Source of the DNA: Octopus vulgaris
Taxonomy: Eukaryota
Assembly (NCBI GenBank): GCA_951406725.2
Contig: OX597822.1
Coordinates: forward strand, 65,658,001 to 65,722,000
Direction of reading: 5' to 3'
DNA: 64,000 nucleotides
Shown: piece by piece, positions 14,534 to 28,143 of the stretch
How the letters are laid out: each line of letters starts with the position of its first letter
Position numbering within the stretch: position 1 is the stretch's first letter
Notes under the pieces: model-generated
What the model saw: only the letters and a program-made list of their open reading frames with translations
What the model was told of the DNA's origin: nothing
The model's database searches: none
Translations under genes and position numbers: made by a program

Positions 14534-15451
14534 TTAGTAGTAGTAATAGTAGAATAAGGAATTTATAAGATTTCGTTTAAGAATGAAATCAACTTTGTCA
14601 AGAATAGCATTACCGCTTCATCACATACCGCTATCACAAGCTCGCATGCTCCCCCACTCCCACGCTAGGCGCATGCACACACAGACCGACTCAAATGTAC
14701 ATGTGCACACATATACACAGCAGAACGCATACACACACACACACACTATTACATTATCATTATTATCAGCAGCACCACTGCATCAACAGCAACAATAAAA
14801 ATCATCATTATCAACAACAACAGACAAAAAAAAATGTTCTATACAAACTGATGGTATGTTATGAAAAATACCATCAAATACAGAGAAAAACCAAAAATAG
14901 AAAATTGGAATAAAATAATGGAAAATATAAATATATTAAAAAAAGACACTATCTAAAAATAAACAAAATGAAGAACCTGGTTAAGAAAAAAAATTTACAA
15001 ATTATAAAATAAGACATTTTTTCTTCTTTTATTTGAAAAGAATTGGAAAATAATTAGTTATTTTTTAAAAGTTGAAGTTGAAATCGTTGAAGCAGAATTC
15101 TTGTGACTATGAAGGAACAAAGAAATCTAACATCAGATATAAACTACGTTAGGTCTCAGTGAAGCATGTATAAGCTAATGTCTGAAAAAACTGAACTTTT
15201 AGACACAAACGCCCAAAGATAGGATAATACGGTTTGGTGTAGCGTCGGCGTGGATATGATGTAGGGTGAAGATGTGATGTGGCGCGATGTGGCGGCAAGT
15301 GGAGCGTAATGTGGGTTGGCGGGGTGGCGGATGGGGATTGTGTATATATTATAGGTGGAGATAACGAGAGTGTAGAGCGCATGGTGAAAGTGTGAGAGAG
15401 AGAGAGAGAGAGGGAGGAGGGCGGAGAAGAAATAGATGTGAGAGAAAGAGG

Positions 15452-15491
<40 letters not shown>

Positions 15492-15619
15492 AGTGAGAAG
15501 TACAGTGTGAATGAGTGCGGAGGAGGTGAGAGAGCGAATGGGAGAGAGCGACGGAGAGTAATCAACAGCTTTAGACAGCAATAATAGTATCGATAGAGAA
15601 AGTACGAATACCATGGTTT

Positions 15620-15913
15620 GGTGATGACGATGATGATGATGATGATAATGATTGCGATCATGGTGAAGATGATAGTGAAGATGATGGTAATGATGATGAA
15701 AGATGATGATGATGATGGTGATGATAATGAAGTTGATGATGATGATTGTGATGAAGATGATGATGATGAAGATGAAGATGATAATGGCGATGATGATGAA
15801 GATGATGGTGATAATAATGACAACGGTGACAAGGAAAACAACTTCAGTAACAACAACAACAATAGTAATGATAGTAGTAGTAGTAGTAGTAATAGTAGTA
15901 GTAGTAGTAGTAA

Positions 15914-15975
<62 letters not shown>

Positions 15976-15985
15976 ACAATGATAA
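15620..15985. repeat. Compound (GAT)n/(AAC)n/(AGT)n low-complexity tract
   Basis: Directly visible. Confidence 0.9.
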
Positions 15986-16203
15986 AGTAAACGTATCAAC
16001 AAGAACTATAACGTAGGCAACCGGAAAATTACATAAAAGAATCTTAGTTATATGTAGACATACATACCTACTGACACCCCCATATATATATACATACATA
16101 TATATATATACACACTGACACCCCCATATACATATACATACATATATATATATACATACATATATATATATACACACTGACACCCCCATATATATATACA
16201 TAC

Positions 16204-16246
<43 letters not shown>

Positions 16247-16267
16247 TAGATAGATATATACACACAC

Positions 16268-16346
<79 letters not shown>

Positions 16347-16633
16347 TATATGTATATATATGTATACAAATACATACATGCATATTTGTGTTGCTGTGTC
16401 TGAATGTTGGTGTGTGTAAATGTATATGCATACACACATGTATGGATGGACAGACATAAATAGATATTATACTATCAATCAATCACATATGTGATATATA
16501 ATCAAATATGAATAAAAAAGGAGAAAGAAAATGGCGTATAAAATAAACTCGAAGTATTTTCTTTACATTACAATGTCTTGTAGATGGCGTGTTATGTAGG
16601 TTAGAAAAGAAGCTATGACTTTCTTCCTCTCAC

Positions 16634-16689
<56 letters not shown>

Positions 16690-16943
16690 CAATTGGAAGG
16701 CAGCAATTGGAAGGCAATTCCCAACAAATTCACATATACATTCAGGCGCAACACAAACACATTACATGCACAAAGAAATACTATGCATACAACACGTATT
16801 TTATATATAATATTTATACAAAACGAAAATCTACTTTACTTATCATACGGTCGATTAAACCGTTATTTCATGCAGTGAATTAACAATAGATCTTGTATTC
16901 TCATTTTCCACTCGAGTCAACCTCTGTCTTAATATTATTATTA

Positions 16944-17031
<88 letters not shown>

Positions 17032-17054
17032 CATTATTATTATCATTATAATTA

Positions 17055-17107
<53 letters not shown>

Positions 17108-17920
17108 GTTGTTGTTGTTGATGTTGTTGTTGTTGCCGACACCATTATAAACATTGTCAACGTAATCATCATGATCATCACCGCAATCTTATTCAATATC
17201 TTCTTAACCACCGTCAACATCGTCTCCTCCTCTTCCTTCTTCTCCTCCTTTTCCCTCTCATCCTTCACATTTTCCTTCTCCTCCTTCTCCCCCTTCACCC
17301 CCCCCTCCTCACCGTCATCATTATTGAAATTATGAAATTCCTTTCCACTTATTTCATTTGATTGTTGTATCTTTTGACATTGTCGATAGCTGTCTTTCAC
17401 AACCTTTGAATTATGGAAATATACAACCGCATGTCCATCCAGGACGCTTGGTGGTTTCGTAATCCTACAAGAAATAACCTTTTGCGCATTGCAATGGCAT
17501 TTAAAATGTCGCCATTTTACGCCAGACATCATTTTCTCTTGTTTACTTTTGTTCCGTTTACAGGAATATTTCCATGACGGAATCTCTTCAGTTTTAGGCA
17601 ATCCTAAACAAATTCTATACATTTGTACATGAATAATTTGATTGTGGAATTTCACATAGAACTATTCGAAAAAGGAAGAAAGAAATTACTTGGGCAATAA
17701 GAATTCCGAGTACATACGTACAGACACACATGTAAAACACATGTTTATGTGTGTGTGTGGCTGTTTGCAAGAATGTGTTTGTGTGAATACATATATGGCG
17801 TTATGAGGTACACACACACACACGGACGCACACTCACACAGACAGACACACAAAAACACAAACAGACATATATATAATTGTGTATATGCTCGTATATCTT
17901 ATATATATATATATATATAT

Positions 17921-17954
<34 letters not shown>

Positions 17955-19441
17955 TCATTGACATCACAAGCAGCCTCCGATTTTTGTGTCTAAAATGTTT
18001 TTCAACACACCATTAACCCGATCATGTTTATACCTTGCTTCGAGATTCACTGCTTCCCCAAAAGATTCATGAGTGCAGTAATTACTTTATTTGCGTTTAC
18101 AGAAATACATTGAAACGACTTACTTGTTTCCTACATATAATTCAAAGATGCATCCATGTGTTGTATTGGTTCTCTTGAAGATTACGTTTACGGTACACGT
18201 ATCTCTGAAATGCTGAGCCATTCATATTTTATTTCAACGAATCATTAGTTCAGTTGATTGGGCCACTAAATTTTAAGAGACAAAAGAGATGCACATCCTT
18301 CATTTTCTTATATATGTTTGTAGTTTTTTTACACTGCAGGAATATGTTGTTTCCTAATGAGTTTCTTGAGTACACTTTGTTAAGCGCTGATGATTTTCCT
18401 CGTATACATATTTATTCCAAATTTTGGCACAAGGCCGGCATTTTTTTGTTTGTTTTGTTAACAGAAATACTTAAGTCAAGTCGATTACTTGGCCTCAAGT
18501 ACTTGACTGGTTCTTTATCATGCCCAAAATCAAATAAGATATGTTTAACCTCAGTGGGAACGTAAAAGGCAGGAAGGAACACCGTTCAGTATATTTTCCA
18601 GCACGCTAAAGATTCTGTAAACTCTACGCCTTGTTCATCATCAAAATAACAGCAGTGAGTTACATCTAGCATTGTACTGACATGATACAATGTTGCCCGC
18701 GGAATACTAAAGTACACGGTGCTTGGAAAGATTTCGAAACGTAATACGCCATACTTGAAGGACGTTATTGAAAGTAGTATTACCTATTTATCATGGTATT
18801 TAACCATAAAAAATTATGGGAGTCATTACCATAGCGATGTGAACCAATTCTACTAAAATGATAAAATACACTAAAAAGATTTTTGTCCTTGAGTAGCAAC
18901 TGTTATTTCCTCTTTTTTTTTTACCACTAGAAAGCGTGAAAATGGCTAATATTTCCGTCAAACGTTGCTTTTGCTACAATATCTATTCAAATCCCACAGA
19001 ATCCCTCTCACCACATGGCTATGATGTTCTTCCACTACTACTACCTATGATCAGTGATGCACATATCGTCAGCCACTAAGGGACATGTTCAAGTGGTTAA
19101 GGTACCTGAAAAACAAATCTGTAGTTTTGAGCAGAATATTTGCTATAATGATATTCCTGCTTCAACATCTCACCACTGAATGTGTCTGAAATGTAATGAA
19201 AAACAGGTCGGTTTCGAAACATTGGTGTCCAGGTCCCAAAAGCAAACTCTTAAGGAATATTAGTTATTTCCTTTGATTTTTACTGACCAAAGACAAGAAA
19301 GGAAATAAATAATGTGTTACACAGTCATATCTGTATTCGAACCAAGACCTCTCTGTTCCTGTGCTGTTCTCGTTGCATACACGCTTACGATGTAATTTCT
19401 GTGGATACAATACTCTATTGGGTTTTTAAAGTATAACATAC

Positions 19442-19638
19442 TACAGTTCTATAATATAAGAGATGAGGGATTATGTACATTATTTACATTATTTACATTT
19501 GACAGATATTTGTCCTTATGTTGTTTGTTGTTAACACAACGTTTCGGCTGATAAACCCTCCAGCCTTCCTCAGGTTTCTTGGGGAAATTTCGAACCTGGG
19601 TTCTCATTCCTAAGGTATTTTTCGATCTTCTTCTTCTT

Positions 19639-19729
<91 letters not shown>

Positions 19730-19806
19730 GCCCACGGGCATATGGCGTAGTAGTTAAGAGCGCGGGCAACTAACCCCAAGATTCCGAGTTCGATTCCAGG
19801 CATTGA

Positions 19807-19837
<31 letters not shown>

Positions 19838-19838
19838 G

Positions 19839-19926
<88 letters not shown>

Positions 19927-20093
19927 CAACAACAACAACATAAAAAATACCGTAGGAATGTGAACCCAGGTGCGAAATTTCCCCAAGACACCTGCGGAAG
20001 GCTGGAGGGTATATCAGCCGAAGCGTTATGTTAACAACAAACAAGATGAGGACAAATATCCGTTAAATGTAAATAATGTAAACAATGTATAAT
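19442..20093 (+). mobile_element. Composite tRNA-head + microsatellite + HHR element preceded by its own inverted partial copy
   Basis: Symmetry centre ATATGCCC-AC-GGGCATAT (19726-19743); tRNA-like head 19736-19810; arms ~19470-19625 and ~19940-20093 are reverse complements. Confidence 0.8.
19533..19578 (-). ncRNA. Minimal type I hammerhead ribozyme
   Basis: Minus strand reads GAAAC-CTGAGGA-A-GGCTG(gagggtttat)CAGCC-GAAA-CG-TT-GTGTT, with palindromic AACGTT stem III. The plus twin at 19987-20032 is degenerate (CTGCGGA, GAAG). Confidence 0.7.
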
Positions 20094-20432
20094 ATATTAG
20101 TATGGCACTTTCCTGCATGATCACCTCAGCTAAAAACTAAAGGTACATTATGCAGAGAATTCGGATAGTTTCCAACGGCTTCCTACGACTGCGCAAACGA
20201 TATTTTCCTGCGTTTAGGTCAACTTAGATGATGCTGTCGTTATCGCCATCTTTGTTCTCCATTTGTCAAACAGAGATATAATCAAAAATTTCTCACTGTG
20301 ATAATCTCATCTTTTTCTTAAGCTAACAAAACGAGGTAAAAATTACTCTATCACAATTGTTTTCAGATGATAATTTATTGAAACATTGAGAGATTCGGGA
20401 ACGTTAAATTCTATATATATTTATGGTATGAT

Positions 20433-20650
20433 ATAAATTTTGCAACACCACTACATCACTTATGAAAAATGACATCGTTTAAATGTCAGCCATTTTCGGC
20501 TTCGCACACCCGTGCTCTTTCCAAAATTTGCAACACCATAACACCGTCAAGCGTCTCAGACCCCACTTCTCTCATTTCTCTAATGATGCTCTCCTTTACT
20601 TGCACCAGGATCTTCAGGTTGTTGACGTAAACCCTTTCTTTCAGGTATTC
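20433..20650 (-). mobile_element. Tc1/mariner transposase 3' remnant
   Basis: WEYLKERVYVNNLK..ERARVCEAENG; near-identical to 22023-22235. Confidence 0.75.
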
Positions 20651-21868
20651 CCAACAAGAAAGGGAACTAATATGGAAGCACGAAGATCCAATAGCAGACG
20701 TGATTGTCTGGAACACATTTCTACTTTCAACATAAGGTACTGGAAGAAAAAACAAATCTGCCACATCTATACAGAAATGCATACCTAAATATGTGTGTGA
20801 GTATATATATGTACGCGCGCATGCGTGCGTTTGTGCGTGTGTGCATGTCCCAACACTAATTTATAACGTTCTCTTTGCAAGAATGCGTTGTGTTCGATAC
20901 CATTATTCCATATTTTCAAAGATTGCTGCATTTCTTTAATCTTCACGTAATATTAGTACTCTTGTTTGCATCACAGTCATTAGCAATTTCTATCGAAACG
21001 GACTAAATCTTACGTAATGACTGAGAAAATTATAGTGCTTATTCAAATGACTTTGTAATTAACAGCCGGTGTGTGTATATGCATGCATACACACGTACAA
21101 ACATTTAGATGTTCGACAACCTCATACACGCTCATCAACTGGAAACACACAGACGCATATATACACACACGACACACACACACAATAGTGTCACACATAC
21201 GTGTATAAACGGCTGCTTGCTTCTATCAGACGTGTATAAACGTTTTACGGCCTCATACACATATAAAAAGAAAATAGGATCATACACACTCACAGACGTA
21301 TATATCTACGCGCATACTAAATGCACAGTGTATACACGCACTTCATAGTCTCATACACACATACTTATGCCCACACTCATACACACGGATAAGAACATGG
21401 CATTTACACGTACACATGGTTTCATATACACGTACATACTTGTTCACTCGCGCACGCTGGCGAACGTCCATGCGCACACGCACATTAGCTTCATACGCAC
21501 GCATGGGCTTGCTCTGATACACATGCAAACGCGTTACCATACACACACACATACACTTTAGCTTCAAACACACATAGGTACTCGGTCACATACATACGTC
21601 AGGTTACTGTTGTCGATTTTACCACTAACAACTCAAATCTATTCCTTCCTCTTCCGGTCATTTCAGCGTTGCTTTGACTGTCTAATCGAGACACTCCTCT
21701 TCTCTTCATTTCGCTCTCTGCTCGTCAATCCTTTCCCTAGAAGAGCGTAGGCTCGAAACGATAACTTTTTTTTTTTCCAATTTCCCTGAGTGTTATCCTA
21801 ATTCACCCACCTTGTTTGTATTCTTTGACCTTGTCGTTGTACTTTATTCAAATGAAATTTGTACCACG

Positions 21869-21900
<32 letters not shown>

Positions 21901-21904
<4 letters not shown>

Positions 21905-22762
21905 ATGTCCCGAATGTCACTGATGAGGGGTTTCAATCTTTAGTAAGTTCTTTAACTTTACAAGTAAATAAATGAAATTTTGATACAATTTAAAGGAAGC
22001 AAGGGAAATTATTGTGTATGATATAAATTTTGCAACACCACTACATCACATATGAAAAATGACATCGCTTGAATGTCAGCCATTTTCGACTTCGCACGCC
22101 CGTGCTCTTTCCAAAACTTGCACCTTAACACCCTCAAGAGTTTCAGACCCCACTTCTCTCATTTCTCTATCGATACTCTCCTTTAGTTGCACGAGGATCT
22201 TCAGGTTGTTGACGCAAACCCTCTCCTTCAGGCATCCCCACACGAAAAAATCCGGGCTTGGCAAGTCTTGGGAACGTGAAGGCCATTCCAAGTAGACATT
22301 ACACATAGTTCCAGCATGATGGGGCAACTACTCATACCGCAAGACAAACAATGCAGTTGCTACGGCAGTGCTTTGGAGAGAGAATAATCTGCCGCTACGG
22401 CAATGTCAACTGGCCTTCCCGTTCCCCAGATTGACCAGCCCGGATTTTTCGTGTGGAAGATACCGGAGACCCTGATGCAACTGAAGGAGAATATCAGGAT
22501 AAAATTTACTGAAATGGAGTCTGGAACACTTGAGAGTGTTATGGAGCAAAATTTGGAAAGAGCATGGGCGTGCAAAGCCGAAAATGGCTGGCATTTAAGT
22601 GATGTCCTTTTTAATATGTGATGTAGTGGTGTTGCAAAATTAGCCACGGGCATATAATTTCCATTACGTCCTTTATATTGTATCAAAATTTCTTGCATTT
22701 ATTTGCAAAGTTAAGGAAGTTGTCAGAAACTGAAACACATCAGTGGCATTTGGGGCACCTTA
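21901..22762. mobile_element. Palindromic Tc1/mariner derivative built from two diverged transposase 3' ends
   Basis: TIRs taggatgtcccgaatgtcactgatg / catcagtggcatttggggcacctta in TA repeats. WPSRSQDL..DFFVWGCLKERV on the minus strand (left) and a homologous C-terminus on the plus strand (right). Confidence 0.8.
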
Positions 22763-22812
22763 TATATGTATATATGTATATATATATATGCATCTATGTA
22801 TGTATATATATT

Positions 22813-22845
<33 letters not shown>

Positions 22846-22876
22846 ATATATACATATATATATATATGTATGTATG

Positions 22877-22907
<31 letters not shown>

Positions 22908-22937
22908 ATATATATGTATGTATGTACATACATATAC

Positions 22938-23015
<78 letters not shown>

Positions 23016-23033
23016 GTATATACATATATATAA

Positions 23034-23080
<47 letters not shown>

Positions 23081-23755
23081 CGTATGTATGTATTTATATA
23101 TAAATATATGTATATATATATATATACACACATTTAGACAGATACATAGATAAAATAATGTATGCACGCACACGCGCATGCACGCATGCGCACACACATC
23201 TTTCAATTATGCGCTACAATCTTCATTTTGTTAATATAAACGTTTGTTCTTTGTGTAAAGTAGTCAACCTTAATAACCTTTGGTATTTGAGCAATTTCAG
23301 GAACGGCCATACAAGGTTTCTCAATAGTTTTGAACTTGAAATTTAGTTGTTGTTAAGAAAATCAGATTTAAATGTCCTTGATTATTTTAATTAATTCTAA
23401 CTAAAATCGCTGTTTTTGATTCAGGCTTCCAGTATTCGTAGATTGCTTTTATATAACCGCCATCAATGTCTCTTCATTTTAACTTTTAAAAGGTTTCACT
23501 ATAACACGAGTGTTATTCCAGACGAGGGTATTAAAGATTGAGACCCAGGACAGCAATTATACTGAACATTTCACGATAACAAAATTAATTTCTTTGCTTT
23601 GTAAAGAATAAAAATAGAAAGAAATAAAGAATAATTTTAACAATGAGAATTGGAACTTTTAACTGCAATCACACATTGTTCTTCAGAGATCAAATAAATG
23701 TGAAATTAATGGGTTGAAATGTCTGTGTTAACTCAATTGACTTTTATTATTATCA

Positions 23756-23799
<44 letters not shown>

Positions 23800-23846
23800 G
23801 TTGTTATTATTACTATTATTGTTGTTGTTATTATTATTATTATTAC

Positions 23847-23906
<60 letters not shown>

Positions 23907-24645
23907 CATCATCATTATTATTCTTTTTAATTATGTTTTGTATTGAATTAATTGCTAGCTTTAAATGTCGGTAAAATGTCATTGTAGTGAGGAATTATCA
24001 AATTCTATAGCTTGCGACGATTGATTTCGAAGTTATATTTTACACAGTTATATTTTTTAGTAAATAAATATTCACCCATAGCTTGACATTGGTATATTGC
24101 CGCCAGACTTAATCGAAAAACGTCTGGTATCCCCAAGTTGATAAAAATACACCGAGCTTCCATATAAAACTCAGACATATATTCAAAAAGTATTCTCATT
24201 AACTAATAATTATATTTTGTTTCCATTATGGATATAATTATGATTGATTTTTTTTTGCATCACTGCAATAAAATATACACCACTTGATGACATCGCACAA
24301 AAAAAACAAGTCCCGTGTTCTTATTTAAATTTTCCAATCAGCGAATATATTGTTCACTAAAGATTAGCTGGTGCTAAAAAAGACCATATTACAATATTTT
24401 GCAGAGGAGGCGAAATAAAACTGAAACATGCCCAGGGTTATCATTGTACTTGCGAAAAATCAAATGACACCCTTGATGCTTACTCGTATTCAGTCGTTTA
24501 TCAGTTTGGATTTTGGTGTTATCCAATCAACTTTTTCTTGGCGTGAGTTATTTCAAAAATGGTTCAAGGCCCACAGCTTTGAGGGGAGGATGACTCTATT
24601 TTATCAATCAAAGTACATATCTCTGGCTTTATTTTATTGACGTAG

Positions 24646-24980
24646 TGAAGGCGCATAGCTCACTGGTTAGAGCGTCGAGCTTACTATCGTGAGGTTGTGA
24701 GTTCGAAACCCGGATAGGGCTGCGTGTTGTGTTCTTAAGCAAGACGCTATATTTCACGTTGTTCCAGTTCACTCAGCTCTAGAAATGAGTTGCGACGTCA
24801 CAGGTGCCAAGCTGTATCGGCCCCCTTGGCTTTCCCTTGGATAACACTAGTGGCGTGGAGAGGGGAGACCGGTACGCATAGATGACTGCTGGTCTTCCAT
24901 AAACAACCTTGCCCGGACTTGTGCCTGGAATGGTAACTTTCGTGGTGCAATCCAACGGTCGTTCATGATCGAAGGGGGTC
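24646..24980 (+). mobile_element. tRNA-derived SINE
   Basis: gtgaaggcgcatagctcactggttagagc..gagttcgaaaccc; same family as 11713-12041. Confidence 0.85.
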
Positions 24981-25287
24981 TCATCAACTTTATTGACGAT
25001 CAAAGGCTTAGCTGATTTCCGCATAATTTATATTCACAAAGCAAAGTTCCAGAAGAGACGCCGCATGGCAATTACTACGACGTTTAAACAGTTTGTTTGT
25101 CTCCCTCTAATTTACATTAGTGATTGTTCTTTTCATTAATTATATAACTTTAAACAAACAAATTTTGGCATACACAGTAAGTATGCTCACCTGCATTAAA
25201 CGATGTGTATATGTCTATATATGCATAAGTGTGTGTGTGTATATATATATATGTATATATATATGTATGTATGTATATATATCTATA

Positions 25288-25324
<37 letters not shown>

Positions 25325-26540
25325 ATATATGTATATACATAATGTTGGTTTCCATGTTAAGTTATATATTTAAAAATTATTTAACATTAAAGTGGAGGAA
25401 TAGTCAACACATTTTTGTTCCAGTCTAGTTCTCTTGGTTTACTTTGAAATTTAACGATCCCGAATCTCTCAATGTTTCAATAAATTATCATCTTAAAACA
25501 ATGGTGACAGAGTAATCTATACCGCGTTTTGGCAGAAATTTTTGATTGATCTCTTTTTGACAAAAGGAGAATAAAGATGATGATAACGACAGCATCAACT
25601 AAGGCGACCCAAACACAGGAAAATATCGTTTGCGCAGTCGCAGGAAGCCGTTGGAAATTCTAAGTCACATCGACTTTTCCTTATTCACCACAACACGAAA
25701 CTGTCTCCAAATTAATTTTATAGTTCCCTTTTTCCACTCAGCTTTCACTGTGACAGTACTATACTCAATACTAAGTTGAAATTGTTATATATTATAAATA
25801 ATTTAATATTTTGTTTCTAAATGAAAAGCGCAATAAATAAAGTGCGTAGCAATAGGCCGAAGATAACCCTCGGATGCATAGTCCCAAATGGAGCCTTCGA
25901 ACATTTTTCCATGGAAGGTCTTTTTACCAAATACATTGCGAAATAGTTTTTATACCAGTATAAAAACCTATATATTGAATAATTTATTTACTAAGTACTC
26001 GAGGATTACGCATTTATATATTTAACATTAAACATACTTAGCATATGTAATATTTAAATCATGATATGTTAAATATAACGATATATCAAGAAATGGGTTC
26101 TATAACTGAAGTAGTCTCGGTTGTGTACGGTAGCCAAATCGGCCGTTACTGCCTTAATCATAACATGACATATTCTTCAGAAAACACACTTATATGAATT
26201 GGTCTCCCTTTGAGATCTGCAATAATACATGTCCAACCCGAAGTCATTGCGTTTCACAATATTACTTAACGGTTCGATACATGATTATATTTAAACACAT
26301 AATTACAACACAAATGGAAATAATCGGAAGCAAAATTAAAACAGGCTGCGGCAATAATATCATAGTTATTAGTTTATGATCAGCAGTGAAACCACAAATT
26401 GCCTGAAGATGCTTCTTGCTGTAAAATTAGATTTCACGTCTAATAAATCTTTCACATATATTGAGGAAAAGTAAATGAATTGTTGTACTTTGATATATAG
26501 GTACCTCAGTAGCGACTTTCTGTGAAGTATGTACGAATAC

Positions 26541-26785
26541 TGGTTTCAAATTTTGGCCCAAGGTCAGCAACTTTCCAAGAAGGGATAAGTCGATCAAATC
26601 GACCCTATTACTCACCTGGTACTTATTTTATCGATATGGTTTGGTTTAGCGTCGGTGTGGTTATCTTGTAGGGTGAATCAGTGATGTGGTATGATGTGGC
26701 GGCAAGTGATGCGTAATGTGGGTTAATGGCGGGTGGGGAGTAAAGGCACACTCATTCTCGGCAGAATTTCAATTCAGAACGAAAA
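26541..26785 (-). mobile_element. SINE fragment interrupted by a ~110 bp insert related to 15226-15330
   Basis: SINE motifs (aagtcgat..ctggtacttattttatcga and ctcggcagaatttcaattcagaac) flank the insert. Confidence 0.6.
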
Positions 26786-27081
26786 GCCGAAAAATATGCT
26801 ATAAAATTGTGGGTGTACAAGTCTTCATACTCTATATTATTACTAATAATATATAGAACAGTCAATTTTCAAAGCCCAGCGAAGCGCACAGGGAATTAGC
26901 CATCTGAAGAATTCATGAAGTGACTAGCAACAAACTGTAGTCACAGATGTTAAATACTGACCGTAGTTGTTAGCTCTCAGTTAAGTGGAACTTAAATGAG
27001 AGCTAATATGGTATCCGTGTGGATAATATATCGCAACAAACTCACTTATGTATGTATATATATATATAGATATATATATAT

Positions 27082-27374
27082 ATATAAGGATAAGATCTTA
27101 AATTAATTATCGATCTTATCAAGTGTCCAGCATGTGTATATATGTGTATTTATGCTACTATCTGTGTATATTCCACTGATGAGGCAAGGCATTTCTTATG
27201 CAAAGCCAGAAATCCGGGATCTGGAATTATCCAGTAATTTTTTGCTAGTTCATCGTGTCCATTAGTCTTCTCTCTTAGTGCTGTATGAACATTTAATGTG
27301 GTTTTACATTCAGGTTTTGGCTGTTATTTCCAGCGTGGAGGTATCTCTTAGATACCCTAAATTATAATTTTAAT

Positions 27375-27378
<4 letters not shown>
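27082..27378 (+). mobile_element. Short HHR-bearing pLTR-like element in (TA)n
   Basis: Second copy at 44237-44741; TA repeats on both sides. Confidence 0.75.
27170..27227 (+). ncRNA. Type I hammerhead ribozyme
   Basis: ATTCCA-CTGATGA-GGC(aagGCATttcttATGCaaa)GCC-a-GAAA-TCCGGGA-TC-TGGAAT. Confidence 0.7.
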
Positions 27379-27405
<27 letters not shown>

Positions 27406-27485
27406 CGTCTGTATGTTGGTATTTATATATATATATATATATAAATTTATGTATGTATATATATGTATATATGTATATATGCATA

Positions 27486-27522
<37 letters not shown>

Positions 27523-27693
27523 AATATTAGGGAATAAATCCAAATTTACAGGGAAAAAATCAGATTTAGGATTAAATCCAATTTTATAGTAAAATATTAT
27601 ATAATATTATTAGAGACAAAACCACTATTTTGCAAAACAAACAAGGAAAGACTTAATCAATACATAAAATTTTAATAAAAAGTCAAAAAACCG

Positions 27694-27736
27694 CCACTAC
27701 AATTGTTTCTTGTCCTGATCGACAATCTTCAGGTGG
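27694..27736 (-). ncRNA. Minimal hammerhead ribozyme in the inverted pLTR
   Basis: Minus strand reads CCAC-CTGAAGA-TTGTC(gatcag)GACAA-GAAA-CAATTG-TA-GTGG; perfect stems I and II, palindromic stem III. Confidence 0.9.
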
Positions 27737-28143
27737 ACTTCCAATCTAAAATATCAATATTTTAAAATATGAAAATAATAATTTTAAAATAATTAAAGTA
27801 TTAATGAAAAAATATAAATATATAATCTATATATAACCTATATATAATCCATATATAATCAATATATAAACAATATATAAACTAAAATAAACCTATCAAC
27901 AATTAAATATAAAATATAAAATATAAAATATAAAACAAAACAAAAAATAAACTATATATACACCCATACACATATAACTAATTATATATAACCATATCTA
28001 AATACATACACTAAATCACACACCTATATATATATCCCTATACATACACATAAAAACGTCTAGGCAACGATAAATGAATAAAATAGCCAAATACTTCAAC
28101 ACAATACTTATTCATACTCCCTCACACACACATACAACCCACA

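Noticed and set aside
16855-17655. 266 aa minus-strand ORF with a complex N-terminal half
   Set aside because: No recognisable domain, it runs into low-complexity repeats, and there is no exon partner; a host exon cannot be excluded.
19736-19810. Functional tRNA gene
   Set aside because: A/B boxes are present but there is no proper acceptor or anticodon stem; this and similar heads are SINE-derived.
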